Assembly (NCBI GenBank): GCA_031425855.1
Contig: JANPKC010000131.1
Coordinates: 1-31,170, forward strand
Direction of reading: 5' to 3'
DNA from: Actinomycetes bacterium
GTDB lineage: Bacteria; Actinomycetota; Thermoleophilia; Gaiellales; Gaiellaceae
DNA length: 31,170 nt
Shown: positions 14,259-26,534 of the stretch, piece by piece
Layout of the letters: every line of letters begins with the position of its first letter
How positions within the stretch are numbered: position 1 is the stretch's first letter
Program-made: the position numbers and the translations under genes
Notes under the pieces: generated by a model
The model's input: only the letters and a program-made list of their open reading frames with translations
What the model was told of the DNA's origin: nothing
Database searches by the model: none

Positions 14259-15478
14259 CAGTATTGCAGGGCTTTCTCCTCGGTTTCGGCCTCCCCGAGG
14301 ACGCGGATCAGGGGCTCCGTGCCGGACGCGCGCACGAGCACGCGACCCGCCCCGCCGAGCTCGGCGTTGAGGCGCTCGGCCTCCGCCAATGCCTCCTGCG
14401 GCACCTCGCGGCGGGAGACACGGACGTTCTCCTTCGCCTGGGCGTAGAGCGGCATCACGGCCGCGGCCTCGCCGAGCGTCCGGCCGCGCACGGCGTCGCA
14501 GAGGAGGAGCGCGGCGGCGAGGCCGTCGCCGGTGACGTGGTTCCGCAGGCAGATCACGTGGCCCGACTGCTCCCCGCCGAGGATCCCGTTCTCGCGGCGG
14601 AGCGCCTCGAGCACGTAGCGGTCCCCGACCGGGGTCGTCACGACCCGGACGCCGCGCTCGTCCATCAGGCGGTGGAACCCCAGGTTCGTCATCACGGTCA
14701 CGGCCACCACCTCGACGCCGAGATGGAGGGCGAGGATCGCCAGGATCTGGTCGCCGTCGACCGCGTTGCCGTCGCCGTCGACCGCCAGCATCCGGTCGCC
14801 GTCGCCGTCGAAGGCGACACCGAGATCGTGCCCCCCCTCGCGCACGGTCCGCTGGAGCAGGGCGAGATCGGTGGCGCCGCACCCCGCGTTGATGTTCTCG
14901 CCGTTCGGCTCGTCGCCGATCGCGGTCACCTCGGCGCCGAGGCGCTCGAATGCCTCGGGCGCGATCCCGGCGTAGGCGCCGTTCGCGCAGTCGACCGCGA
15001 TTCGCAGGCCGGTCAGGTCGGTGCCGAAGCGCTCGAGCACGTGGTCGAGGTAGCTCTCGGTGTAGACGTCGACACGGTCGATCGTCCCGCCGCCACGTTC
15101 CGGGGCGTCGAGCAGCGCCTCGATCTCCTCCTCGGACGCGTCGGTCAGCTTGCTGCCGTGCTGGTCGAAGAACTTGACCCCGTTGTACTCGGGCGGGTTG
15201 TGCGAAGCGGAGATGACGACGCCGAGATCGAGCGCGAGCAACGCCACGGCCGGCGTCGGGAGCACCCCCGCAAGCACCGCGTTGCCGCCCGCGGCCACGA
15301 CGCCGCGCCCGAACGCCTCCTCGAGCTCCGGCCCGGAGCCGCGCGTGTCGCGACCGACGAAGACGCGGCCGCGGCCCGACCAGAGCGTCGACGCCTTGCC
15401 GAGACGCTCGACGAGATCGACGGTCAGATCCTGGCCGACGACTCCCCGGACGCCGTCCGTGCCGAAGTACCGGCGCAA
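14219..15478 (-). CDS. glmM: Phosphoglucosamine mutase
   Basis: RRYFGTDGVRG, GRDTRGSG, VISASHNP, DCANGA, FDGDGDR, VGDRYV, GGEQSGH and VRASGTEPLIRV. TTG start inferred. Confidence 0.95.
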   Translation of the reverse strand: MRRYFGTDGVRGVVGQDLTVDLVERLGKASTLWSGRGRVFVGRDTRGSGPELEEAFGRGVVAAGGNAVLAGVLPTPAVALLALDLGVVISASHNPPEYNGVKFFDQHGSKLTDASEEEIEALLDAPERGGGTIDRVDVYTESYLDHVLERFGTDLTGLRIAVDCANGAYAGIAPEAFERLGAEVTAIGDEPNGENINAGCGATDLALLQRTVREGGHDLGVAFDGDGDRMLAVDGDGNAVDGDQILAILALHLGVEVVAVTVMTNLGFHRLMDERGVRVVTTPVGDRYVLEALRRENGILGGEQSGHVICLRNHVTGDGLAAALLLCDAVRGRTLGEAAAVMPLYAQAKENVRVSRREVPQEALAEAERLNAELGGAGRVLVRASGTEPLIRVLGEAETEEKALQYCARIATLVKRELG

Positions 15479-15486
15479 GCCGGGGG

Positions 15487-15882
15487 CTACCGCTTGGAGA
15501 ACTGGGGCGCCTTGCGCGCCTTGTGCAGACCGGCCTTCTTGCGCTCGACGACGCGGGCGTCGCGGGTGAGGAAGCCCTCGCGCTTGAGCGGGATGCGCAG
15601 CTCCGGGTCGGCCTCGACGAGCGCACGGGCGATCCCGTGGCGCACCGCACCGGCCTGGCCGGAAGGGCCGCCGCCGTGGACGCGGACGCGGATGTCGAAC
15701 GTCCCCTCGACGCCGGCGGTCTTCAGCGGCGCAAGCGCCAGCGTGCGGTGTGTCGCACGCGGGAAGTAGTCCTCGAGCGTGCGGCCGTTGAACCACGTCT
15801 TCCCGTCGCCGGGGCGAAGGATGACGCGCGCGACCGAGGTCTTGCGCTTTCCGGTGCCCAGATACTGCGCCTGCTCTACCAC
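15487..15882 (-). CDS. rpsI: 30S ribosomal protein S9
   Basis: [43 protein letters not shown] and C-terminal QFSKR. GGAGG RBS. Confidence 0.97.
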   Translation of the reverse strand: MVEQAQYLGTGKRKTSVARVILRPGDGKTWFNGRTLEDYFPRATHRTLALAPLKTAGVEGTFDIRVRVHGGGPSGQAGAVRHGIARALVEADPELRIPLKREGFLTRDARVVERKKAGLHKARKAPQFSKR

Positions 15883-16313
15883 TACCTGACCTCCAACGTC
15901 TTCGGCGCCTGGGCCTCGTGCGGATGCGCGGGCCCGGCGTAGATCTTGAGCTTCGTGATCTGCTGGCGCGCGAGCCGGTTGCGCGGGAGCATCCCCTTGA
16001 CCGCCTTGCGCAGCACCTCGGTCGGCCGCCGCTCGAGCTGCTCGCGCAGCGTCCGCGACCGGAGCCCACCGGGATAGCCCGAGTGGCGGTGGTACATCTT
16101 CTGGTCGAGCTTCTGGCCGGTCACCGCGATCTTCTCCGCGTTGACGACGATCACGAAGTCGCCGGTGTCGATGTGCGGCGTGTAGGCCGGCTTGTTCTTC
16201 CCGCGCAGCGTGTCTGCGATCTGAGTCGCCAAGCGGCCGAGCGTCTTGCCGTCGGCGTCGACGACGTACCACTCGCGTGCGATCTCGCCCGGCTTTGCGC
16301 TGTAGGTCTTCAA
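15882..16313 (-). CDS. rplM: 50S ribosomal protein L13
   Basis: [41 protein letters not shown] and KGMLPRN. Confidence 0.97.
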   Translation of the reverse strand: MKTYSAKPGEIAREWYVVDADGKTLGRLATQIADTLRGKNKPAYTPHIDTGDFVIVVNAEKIAVTGQKLDQKMYHRHSGYPGGLRSRTLREQLERRPTEVLRKAVKGMLPRNRLARQQITKLKIYAGPAHPHEAQAPKTLEVR

Positions 16314-16378
16314 GTCAGCAGATTCTCACTTCACAGAAAGAGGGCGCACATCGGGTGCGCCGGCGGCGGATCGTAGCA
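16314..16378 (-). promoter_or_regulatory. Putative rplM promoter (TGCTACGAT) and leader hairpin embedded in the MFS 3' end
   Basis: Extended -10 at 16370-16378. Hairpin GGCGCAC-CCGAU-GUGCGCC (16343-16361) followed by CUCUUUCUGU. Confidence 0.5.
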
Positions 16379-17558
16379 GAATCCAGGCCGCGGGCAGGCC
16401 GACGAAGACGGTCGCCGCGAAGGCCAGCGCCTCGACGCCGAGCTCGCTGTAGGCGACGCCGCCGAGCAGGACGAGCGCCGCCCCGGTGAAGCTCGAGACC
16501 TGGTCTGTGAGCCCGATCAGCTTCCCCCGCTCGGCCGGAAGCGCCCGATCCGCGAGCTCGGTGACGGCCGCGACGTAGGAGATGTTCCACCCGAGGCCGA
16601 GGAGGAAGAGCGACGCGGACATCCAGGCGACGCTCTCGAACCAGGCGAGCCCGAATGTGGACAGCGCCATCACGAGCAGGCCGGCAACCTGGCAAGGCCG
16701 CCGCCCGACCTTGTCGACGAGCTGGCCGATCACGAGGACGAGGGCGTACATGCCGACGATGTGGAGGCTGATCACGGTGAAGACGTCGGCCTGGTGGTGG
16801 CCGTGGTCGATCACGAGATACCCGGTCAGGTTCATCACCGAGACCATGCAGGCGAAGCTCGCAACGGCGGCGACGAGTGCCGTGAGCACGCCCGGGCGCC
16901 TGACGATCTCGCGCAGCGGCGCGGCCTCGTCGAAGGCGGAGCCGCCGGCGTCGAAATGGAGCCTTTGCGCGATCGTCCGTGGATCGGGCCTGACCGAGAG
17001 GACGAGCCCGAGGCCGACGACCATGATCCCGGCAGCCGCGATCCACGGGACGACGAGCGCCTCGGTATCGAGCTCCTTCCCGGCGAAGAGCGGGCGGAAG
17101 ACGAGCGGGCCGAGCGCTGCTCCGAAGAGCGCACCGAAGAGGACGTACGAGATCCCTCGGGCGCGGCGCTCCGGCGGATACATGTCGGCCGCCGCAGCGC
17201 GCGCGAGAAGGATCGTCCCCTGCGCGACCCCGACGAGCGCGAACCCGGCGATCACGACGGCTGCCGACTCGGTCTCGCATCCGAGCGCAGTCGTCAGGCA
17301 GCCGGCGACACCGGCGAGACATCCTCCCGCGAGCACCGGGATCCGGCCGTGACGGTCCATCAGCCGGCCCGCCGGGAGCGCGGCAAGAGCACCCGCCGTC
17401 AGGAAGATGGCCGGCCCGAGCCCGAGGATCCCCTCGATCCCGGTGACGAGCACGAGCGTCACGGTCGCGACGGCGACGGCGAGCTGCACCATCCCGGAGA
17501 GCGACGTGAGCGTCGCGGCGAGCAGGAAGGTGTTGCGGCGGATCGGGAAGCTCTCCAC
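16326..17558 (-). CDS. MFS transporter
   Basis: 410 aa with about 12 hydrophobic segments; GRLMDRHGR and GQLVDKVGRR loop motifs. TAGGGT -10 box 6 nt before the GTG. Confidence 0.9.
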   Translation of the reverse strand: MESFPIRRNTFLLAATLTSLSGMVQLAVAVATVTLVLVTGIEGILGLGPAIFLTAGALAALPAGRLMDRHGRIPVLAGGCLAGVAGCLTTALGCETESAAVVIAGFALVGVAQGTILLARAAAADMYPPERRARGISYVLFGALFGAALGPLVFRPLFAGKELDTEALVVPWIAAAGIMVVGLGLVLSVRPDPRTIAQRLHFDAGGSAFDEAAPLREIVRRPGVLTALVAAVASFACMVSVMNLTGYLVIDHGHHQADVFTVISLHIVGMYALVLVIGQLVDKVGRRPCQVAGLLVMALSTFGLAWFESVAWMSASLFLLGLGWNISYVAAVTELADRALPAERGKLIGLTDQVSSFTGAALVLLGGVAYSELGVEALAFAATVFVGLPAAWILLRSAAGAPDVRPLSVK

Positions 17559-17702
17559 CGCTCGACCCTACCCCAGCCGGCGACGCGTGCTTTCACGGGT
17601 TGGCCCGCGGCGCACGTCTCGGCCCGCGGCGGGTCGATCCGTGAGCGAATCGGAGCGAACGCGACACACACGCGTAACTGGATGGTCGGCAACATTCCCG
17701 GG

Positions 17703-17960
17703 ATGAAGCCGCTTCTGAGTCGACTTGGTCTGACCAGGTCGAGCGACCAGGTCGGACTTGCTCAGTACAACGTCTACGAGGCGCGCACTCACTTCTCCCG
17801 CCTGATCGAACGAGCGGCCACCGGTGAGGAGATCGTCATCGCACGGGCAGGGGAACCGCTCGTGAAGCTCGTGCCGTACCGCAACGAGCCGCGGGTTCCG
17901 GGCGCTATCACTGCCCAGATCGTCTTCGACGCGGTGCGACTCCCGCGAGGGCGTCTCTAG
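17703..17960 (+). CDS. Phd/YefM-family antitoxin, no adjacent toxin
   Basis: QYNVYEARTHFSRLIERAATGEEIVIARAGEPLVKLVP is the typical Phd core. The start is uncertain: ATG 17703 adds about 18 atypical residues. guaA ends convergently 4 nt after its stop. Confidence 0.75.
   Translation: MKPLLSRLGLTRSSDQVGLAQYNVYEARTHFSRLIERAATGEEIVIARAGEPLVKLVPYRNEPRVPGAITAQIVFDAVRLPRGRL
17722..17753. repeat. Three GAC(C/T)(A/T)GGTC palindromic boxes (operator-like)
   Basis: GACTTGGTC 17722-17730, GACCAGGTC 17732-17740 and GACCAGGTC 17745-17753, immediately before the Phd core. Confidence 0.55.
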
Positions 17961-17964
17961 CTCG

Positions 17965-19539
17965 CTACTCCCACTCGATCGTCGCGGGCGGCTTCGAGCT
18001 GATGTCGAGCGCGACGCGGTTGACGCCGGGGATCTCGTTGATGATCCGGCTCGAGATCGTCTCGAGCAGGTCGTAGGGCAGGCGCGCCCAGTCGGCGGTC
18101 ATGGCGTCGTCGGAGGTGACAGCGCGGATCACGATCGGGTACGCGTACGTGCGCTCGTCGCCCTGGACGCCGACGGACTTGATCGCGGGCAGCACGGCGA
18201 AGCTCTGCCAGAGGTCGCGGTAGAGGCCCGCCCGCCGCACCTCTTCCTGGAGGATCGTGTCGGCGCTGCGCAGGATCTCGAGCCGCTCGCGGGTGACCTC
18301 GCCGATGATCCGGATCGCGAGCCCCGGCCCCGGGAACGGCTGCCGCCAGACCATCCGCTCGGGCATGCCGAGCTCCTCGCCGACGCGGCGCACCTCGTCC
18401 TTGAAGAGCAGGCGCAGCGGCTCCACGAGCTCCATCTGCATGTCGTCGGGGAGGCCGCCGACGTTGTGATGCGACTTGATCTTCGCCGCCACCCCCTCCG
18501 TGCCGCCCGACTCGATCACGTCGCTGTAGAGCGTCCCCTGGACGAGGAACCTGATGTCCCCGAGCTTCGCCGCCTCCTCCTCAAAGACGCGGATGAACTC
18601 CTCGCCGATGCGGTGGCGCTTCTCCTCGGGCTCGTCGATCCCCTCGAGGCGCGCGAGGAAGCGATCCTGCGCCTGGACGTGGACGAGCGGTACGTTGAAG
18701 TGGCCGCCGAAGGTCTCGGCCACCTGCTCGGCCTCGTTCGAGCGCATGAAGCCGTGGTCGACGAAAACGCACGTGAGCTGGTCGCCGACCGCCTTGTAGA
18801 CGAGCAGCGCCGCGACCGCGGAGTCGACGCCGCCGGAGAGCCCGCAGATGACGCGGTTGCTGCCGACCTGGGCGCGGATCCGCTCAACCTGCTCCTCGAT
18901 CACCGCGGCCGGCGTCCACGCCGGCGGCGCACCGGCCACGTCGTAGAGGAAGTTCTTCAGCAGGTCCTGGCCGTGCGGCGTGTGCACGACCTCAGGATGG
19001 AACTGCACGCCGTAGATGCCGCGCTCGGCGTCCTCGAAAGCGGCGACCGGCGTCGCGGGCGACGTCCCGGTGACGGTCGCGCCCTTCGGCGGCGCGACGA
19101 CCGTGTCGCGGTGGCTCATCCACACCGTCTGCTGCTCCGGCAGCCCGGAGAAGAGCGCACCGCTGCCACCGTCGAGCTCCGTCTTCCCGAACTCGGACGC
19201 CCCGGTGCGCGCGACCTCGCCGCCCAGCTCGAGCGCGAGCAGCTGGGCGCCGTAACAGATGCCGAGCGTCGGGATCCCGAGCTCGAAAAGCGCTTCGTCG
19301 ACCCGGGGCGCACCCTCGGCGTAGACCGAGGCAGGGCCGCCGGAGAGGATCAGCGCGGCCGGGTTGCGCCGCCGCACCTCCTCGACGCCGAGCGTGTGCG
19401 GCACCAGCTCCGAGTAGACCCGGGCGTCGCGGACGCGGCGCGCGATCAGCTGCGCGTACTGGCCGCCGAGGTCGAGCACGAGCACCGGCCGCTCCTCGGC
19501 GGCCGGCTCCGGGATTGGCAATGGATGCACCGACGCCAC
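17965..19539 (-). CDS. guaA: GMP synthase (glutamine-hydrolysing)
   Basis: [59 protein letters not shown]-like QPFPGPGL and KPPATIEWE. Confidence 0.97.
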   Translation of the reverse strand: MASVHPLPIPEPAAEERPVLVLDLGGQYAQLIARRVRDARVYSELVPHTLGVEEVRRRNPAALILSGGPASVYAEGAPRVDEALFELGIPTLGICYGAQLLALELGGEVARTGASEFGKTELDGGSGALFSGLPEQQTVWMSHRDTVVAPPKGATVTGTSPATPVAAFEDAERGIYGVQFHPEVVHTPHGQDLLKNFLYDVAGAPPAWTPAAVIEEQVERIRAQVGSNRVICGLSGGVDSAVAALLVYKAVGDQLTCVFVDHGFMRSNEAEQVAETFGGHFNVPLVHVQAQDRFLARLEGIDEPEEKRHRIGEEFIRVFEEEAAKLGDIRFLVQGTLYSDVIESGGTEGVAAKIKSHHNVGGLPDDMQMELVEPLRLLFKDEVRRVGEELGMPERMVWRQPFPGPGLAIRIIGEVTRERLEILRSADTILQEEVRRAGLYRDLWQSFAVLPAIKSVGVQGDERTYAYPIVIRAVTSDDAMTADWARLPYDLLETISSRIINEIPGVNRVALDISSKPPATIEWE

Positions 19540-19554
19540 TCTGCTACCTCAACC

Positions 19555-22026
<2,472 letters not shown>

Positions 22027-22030
<4 letters not shown>

Positions 22031-23148
22031 GGGAAGAGCCCCCCTAGGTGGTCGAGCGTTCGGCCGGCATAGAAGCCTACGCGCCCGAGGGCGCCCGGCT
22101 TCTCGACCGTGTCGGCGGCGACGAGCGGCGAGCGGGCGATGACGGTGCCACGGTCGACTATCTGCACCTCGCCGAGCCGCTGGCCCTTGCGGACAGGCAG
22201 CGAGACCTCGACCGGCACGACGACGCGCTCGAGCAGCGGCCGCTCGACGTGAATCACGCGCAGCGCCGGCTTCTCGGCGACGAGCCGGACTGGATCCTTG
22301 CCGTAGGCGGTGCGGGCGGTCCCGTAGACGCGGCCGCCGTCGATCGCCCAGACGGTGCGGTAGCGCGACAGTCCCCACGCGAGCAGCGCCGAGAGGTCGC
22401 CGTTCCTGCCCTCGCGCGTCTCGCCGCCGAGGATCGTCGCGTAGATCGTGACCCCCGCCCCGCGCGCCGCCGCGACCTGCGACCAGCCGGCTCCATCCGT
22501 GTGCCCCGTCTTGACGCCGATCGTGTTCGGGTAGCTCGAGAGCAGGTCGTTCCACGTGTGCAGCTGCCGCCCCGCGGCCGTCGCCCCGACGAGCCGGACG
22601 GTCTCGCGGATGAAGGGCTTGTTCATCGCGACCCGCGCCAGCTTCGTCACGTCGCCGGCGCTCGAGTAGTGGCCGGGCGCGTCGAGGCCGTCGGGGTTCG
22701 CGAAGTGCGTGTCGACGAGCCCGAGCTGGCGCGCGCGGGTGTTCATCAGCGCCACGAACCGGCCCACCGAGCCGCGGCCGACGAACGCGGCAATCGCGTT
22801 CGCGGCGTCGTTCGCGCTCTGGATCAGGGCCGCGCGGATCAGGTCGCGCAGCGTCACCCGCTCGCCGGGACGGAGGTTGATCGTCGACTCGCCGATCGAA
22901 GCGGTGCGCCGGGAGATCGTCGCGACGTCGTCGAGCGAGGCGTGCTCGAGCGCGACGATCGCGGTCATCAGCTTGGTGATCGACGCCATCGGCAAGCGCT
23001 CGCGCTCGTCGTGCGCCGCCAGCACCTCGCCGGTGCCGGAGTTCTGGACGACGTACGCCTCGGCGTCGACCGGCGGTGGCGCGGCGGCCGCGACGACGGC
23101 CAGGACGAGCGTCGCGGCGGTCGCCGACAGGAGGGCAAGCCGCTTCAC
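22027..23148 (-). CDS. D-alanyl-D-alanine carboxypeptidase (S11, low-molecular-weight PBP)
   Basis: Signal peptide; ASITK (SxxK), SAN (SxN), NPDGL and KTGHT (KTG). Confidence 0.93.
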
Positions 23149-23160
23149 GCGGGCCGGACT

Positions 23161-23526
23161 CTACTTGACGCGGATCCGCTGACCGACCGTCAACGCAACT
23201 GGGTCGACGTCGGGGTTGAGCACGAGCAGCTGCTCGACGGTGGTGTCGTGCTGATCCGCGATGACGGCGAGCGTGTCGCCCGACTGGATCTCGTAGAACT
23301 CCGCCCCTGCGGTGTCGGTCGTGGTCGACGTGGTCGTCCCCGTCGTGCCAGTCGTGCCCGTCGTCCCGGTCGTGGCGGGCGCCGTCGTCGTCGCGACCGT
23401 GGTCGCCGGCGGCGCCGTCGCGTCGCCGTTCTCGAGCCCGGAGCGGACGAGCAGGATCGCGACCGTGGCTGCCGCGAGGAACGCGGCGGGCGCTGCGTAC
23501 CGCGCGAGCCGGGCGTTGCGGCGCAT
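23161..23526 (-). CDS. Membrane-anchored LysM protein with Thr-rich linker
   Basis: N-terminal basic residues and TM segment, (TTG)n linker, C-terminal LysM YEIQSGDTLAVIADQHDTTVEQLLVLNPDVDPVALTVGQRIRV. Confidence 0.88.
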   Translation of the reverse strand: MRRNARLARYAAPAAFLAAATVAILLVRSGLENGDATAPPATTVATTTAPATTGTTGTTGTTGTTTSTTTDTAGAEFYEIQSGDTLAVIADQHDTTVEQLLVLNPDVDPVALTVGQRIRVK

Positions 23527-24434
23527 CACCAGCCCGAGACCGACCAGACGTCGGAGCGAAGTCGGGCCGCCTCGGCGCCCGCGGCGCCGCGCCAGTCGTC
23601 GCTGCCGCCCCGATAGGCGAAGATGACCGACCGCGAGGCGGTGACAAGTGCGCTCGCCGGGCCGCTCGTGAACGCACGAGCGACATCGGCCGCCGTCGCG
23701 CCCTGCGCGCCGACGCCCGGAAGCAGGAGCACGGCGCGCGGCAGCAGCTTCCGCGCCTCGGCGACCACTCTCGGCGCGGTGGCGCCGACCACGGCGCCCA
23801 CGCTCGACAGCCCGCGCTCGCCGGTCAGCTCCGCGCCCCACTCCCCGACGAGCCCGGCGACGTGCTGCCAGACGCGCCGCCCGTCGGAGAGCGTCAGCTC
23901 CTGGACGTCCCCCGCGCCGGCGTTCGAGGTGCGCACGAGGCAGAAGATGCCCGCTCCGTGCAGGCGGCACGCCTGCAGGAACGGCTCGACCGAGTCGCCG
24001 CCGAGATAGGTGTTGACCGTCAGCGCGTCGGCGAGCGGCTCCTGGTCCTCGCGCGGCTCGAGGTAGGCGGTCGCGTACGCGCGCGCGGTCGAGCCGATAT
24101 CGCCACGCTTGCCGTCGGCGATCACGAGCAGCCCGGCGGAGCGGGCATAGCCGCAGACGCGCTCGAATGCTCCGATCCCGTCGCCGCCGAGCGCCTCGAA
24201 GAACGCGACCTGGGGCTTGACCGCGACGACGTAGGGCGCGACCGCGTCGACGATCCCGCAGCAGAAGCGGGCGTAGGCGTTCGCCGCCTCGGCGCGGCCG
24301 AGCACCGCCTCGCCGCGGAGCTCGACCGGCAGCAGGTCGAGGCGGGGGTCGAGCCCGACGACGAGCTGGCTGCGCTTCCGCTCGACCGCGTCCGCGAGCC
24401 GGTCGGCGAAGGTCGCGGTGGCGACGGAGGCCAT
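23526..24434 (-). CDS. pyrF: Orotidine-5'-phosphate decarboxylase
   Basis: VGLDP, KPQVAFFE, DGKRGDIGST, RTSN, GAVVGAT, LLPGVGAQG and SRSVI. Confidence 0.95.
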   Translation of the reverse strand: MASVATATFADRLADAVERKRSQLVVGLDPRLDLLPVELRGEAVLGRAEAANAYARFCCGIVDAVAPYVVAVKPQVAFFEALGGDGIGAFERVCGYARSAGLLVIADGKRGDIGSTARAYATAYLEPREDQEPLADALTVNTYLGGDSVEPFLQACRLHGAGIFCLVRTSNAGAGDVQELTLSDGRRVWQHVAGLVGEWGAELTGERGLSSVGAVVGATAPRVVAEARKLLPRAVLLLPGVGAQGATAADVARAFTSGPASALVTASRSVIFAYRGGSDDWRGAAGAEAARLRSDVWSVSGW

Positions 24435-24443
24435 GCGCAGAGA

Positions 24444-26075
24444 CTAGGCGGCGCGGCGGAGATCCGCGAGCGGCAGCACGCGCAGCTCAGGCGGCGGCCG
24501 GCGCAGGAACGAGCCGATCAGGAGCAGCTCGTCTGCGTCCGCCGCGCCGAGCGACAGCTCGGCCCGCGCGGCCGCGGCGAGGCCGGCATCCGCCTCCGTG
24601 CGTCCCGCGTCGCCGTCGAGGAGCGTGCGCGCCGCGGCGATGCGGCCGCCGGAGACGAAGTAGGCGCGCCGGAAGCCGTCCTCGCGCGCCGGCGCGAGCA
24701 GGCAGAGCTCGAGCGCGCGAAGCCGGTCGAGCTCCGCGAGCGAGCTCGCGACGTCCTCGAGTGCGGCGATCCGGTCGCGCAGCCGTGCGGCGTCCTCGAA
24801 CCGGAGCTCGGCGGAGAGCCGCCTCAGCTTCGCCCGCAGCGCCGGCAGCGCCGCGGCCGGCTCGCCGTCCCAGTCTCCGAGCGCCCGCGCCGCCGCCTGG
24901 GCGCGCCGCCGGCTCTTGAGCGGACCGTGCGGCCCGGGCGTGTCGGTGACGCACCAGCCGGCGCCGCGGCGGCGCAGATAGACGTAGCGGTCGGGCCGCG
25001 CACTGCGGGCGTTCGCGGGCGGCCGCAGCTCGCGGAGCAGCCGCAGCTCCTCGAGCCCCGCCTCGAGCTCCGAGCCGAGGACGCGCCACTCGACCCGCTC
25101 GAGCGCGCCGAGCGCCGCCTCGACCGCGGGCCGCTGCCGGTCGGTCCGGAAGTAGGAGCGCAGGCGCGCCCGGAGATCGCGGGCGCGGCCGACGTAGAGC
25201 ACCTGCTCGTTGCGGTCGCGAAAGAGGTAGACGCCGGGCTGCGCGGGCGCGCCCGCGACGAGCCGGCTCTTCCCGGCGAGCCGGCGGGCCCGCGGAGCAG
25301 AGAGGTCGACGAGCTGGGCGACTGTCGCTGCACCGCGTTCCTGCGCGAGCCCGATCAACGCCAGCAGGATCTCCGCGGTCGCCTCCGAGTCGGCCAGCGC
25401 GCGGTGGCACGGTTGGGCGGAGGTGCCGAAGAAGTAGGCCAGCGCGGCGAGGCCGACACGCTTCTGCCGCCCTTCGAGCAGCCGCCGTGCGAGCCAGACG
25501 GTGTCGACGACCGGCGCAGCCACCCGCCGGCCCGTCAGCCGCTCGACCTCGCGGTCGAGGAAGCCCATGTCGAAGCGGGCGTTGTGCGCGACGAGCACGG
25601 CGTCGCCGGCGAACTCGAGGAAGCGCCGGACGGCGAGCTCGACCGGAGGGGCGCCCCGGAGCGCGTGCGGGTCGATCCCGGTGAGCGCGGCGATCGGCGC
25701 GGGCAGCGGCCGCCTCGGGTTCACGAGCGTCTCGAACCGGTCCTCCAGCTCGAGCCCGCGCACCCGCACGGCGCCGATCTCGCAGATCGCGGACGAGCCG
25801 GGTGAGAGGCCGGTCGTCTCGAGGTCGAAGACGACGTAGGTCGCGTCCTCGACGGCGAGCGCCGCCCCGGCCGGATCGGCGAGCCCGACGCTCGCGCCCC
25901 GCCAGGCGAGCCGCGCGTCGCCGTCGACGACATCCGCCAGCAGCGACCGGGCGAGGCCGACCGGGACGTGGCGGAGGGCGTAGAGCGCCCGGGCCGCGTC
26001 CTCGGCGGGCACCGGCCCGTGCCGCGCCTCGACGAGCTCCACGAGCCGGTCCGCGGCATCGAACGACAGCTGCAT
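24444..26075 (-). CDS. DEDDh (DnaQ-like) exonuclease fused to GIY-YIG and UVR domains (UvrC/Cho-like; Rv2191-type architecture)
   Basis: VVFDLETTGL, AHNARFD and HRALADSEAT (DEDDh); PGVYLFRD...LYVGRARDLRARLRSYF (GIY-YIG); LRFEDAARLRDRI (UVR). Confidence 0.9.
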   Translation of the reverse strand: MQLSFDAADRLVELVEARHGPVPAEDAARALYALRHVPVGLARSLLADVVDGDARLAWRGASVGLADPAGAALAVEDATYVVFDLETTGLSPGSSAICEIGAVRVRGLELEDRFETLVNPRRPLPAPIAALTGIDPHALRGAPPVELAVRRFLEFAGDAVLVAHNARFDMGFLDREVERLTGRRVAAPVVDTVWLARRLLEGRQKRVGLAALAYFFGTSAQPCHRALADSEATAEILLALIGLAQERGAATVAQLVDLSAPRARRLAGKSRLVAGAPAQPGVYLFRDRNEQVLYVGRARDLRARLRSYFRTDRQRPAVEAALGALERVEWRVLGSELEAGLEELRLLRELRPPANARSARPDRYVYLRRRGAGWCVTDTPGPHGPLKSRRRAQAAARALGDWDGEPAAALPALRAKLRRLSAELRFEDAARLRDRIAALEDVASSLAELDRLRALELCLLAPAREDGFRRAYFVSGGRIAAARTLLDGDAGRTEADAGLAAAARAELSLGAADADELLLIGSFLRRPPPELRVLPLADLRRAA

Positions 26076-26081
26076 GGCGAG

Positions 26082-26110
26082 AGCTTAGGCGAACACATGT
26101 TCGCCTGCAA
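26082..26110 (-). promoter_or_regulatory. Promoter TTGCAG-N17-TAAGCT with a LexA (SOS) box in the spacer
   Basis: -35 at 26105-26110; -10 at 26082-26087, 6 nt before the ATG. GGCGAAC-ACAT-GTTCGCC (26088-26105) matches the Gram-positive GAAC-N4-GTTC box. Confidence 0.85.
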
Positions 26111-26113
26111 CGG

Positions 26114-26148
26114 CAAAGAGAAGGCCGCGACGCCTGCGCGGCCCTCTC
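26114..26148 (-). terminator. Intrinsic terminator downstream of hup
   Basis: 12-bp stem GAGAGGGCCGCG / CGCGGCCUUCUC (one G-U pair), 7-nt loop, then UUUG. Confidence 0.7.
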
Positions 26149-26168
26149 GACCTGCCGGACGTGCGGTG

Positions 26169-26450
26169 CTAGCCGCCCTTGACCGCGGCCTTCAACTGGC
26201 TGCCGGCCGAGAACTTCGGCACCGTTGCCGCCGGGATCTGCACCTTCTGGCTCGGATTGCGGGGATTGACGCCCTCGCGCGCTGCGCGATCGCTCGTCGA
26301 GAACTTGCCGAAGCCGGTGAAGGTGATCGTGTCGCGCTTCTTGAGCGCGTCGGTCACCGTGTCGAGGACCGCGTCCACCGCGGCGCCGGCGTCGCGGCGA
26401 GAGAGATTCGCCCTGGACGCGACAGCGTCAACGAACTCCTGCTTTGTCAC
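26169..26450 (-). CDS. hup: HU family DNA-binding protein
   Basis: TKQEFVDAVA, TFTGFGKFS, REGVNPRNP and VPKFSAGSQLKAAV. AAGGAG RBS. Confidence 0.95.
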   Translation of the reverse strand: MTKQEFVDAVASRANLSRRDAGAAVDAVLDTVTDALKKRDTITFTGFGKFSTSDRAAREGVNPRNPSQKVQIPAATVPKFSAGSQLKAAVKGG

Positions 26451-26534
26451 TTGCCACTCCTTTTGTTGGTGGGACGTTCGGAAACCCGCGGGCACCCTAA
26501 CAGCAGCATCGGACTGCCTCAACGGTTGAGTGGC

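Noticed and set aside
17602-17631. 11-bp direct repeat GGCCCGCGGCG in the MFS/phd spacer
   Set aside because: All-GC and short, so plausible by chance at this composition; no associated element.
23320-23410. Short tandem repeats (ACG-GGC-ACG type)
   Set aside because: They encode the Thr/Gly linker of the LysM protein; not a CRISPR array or a mobile repeat.
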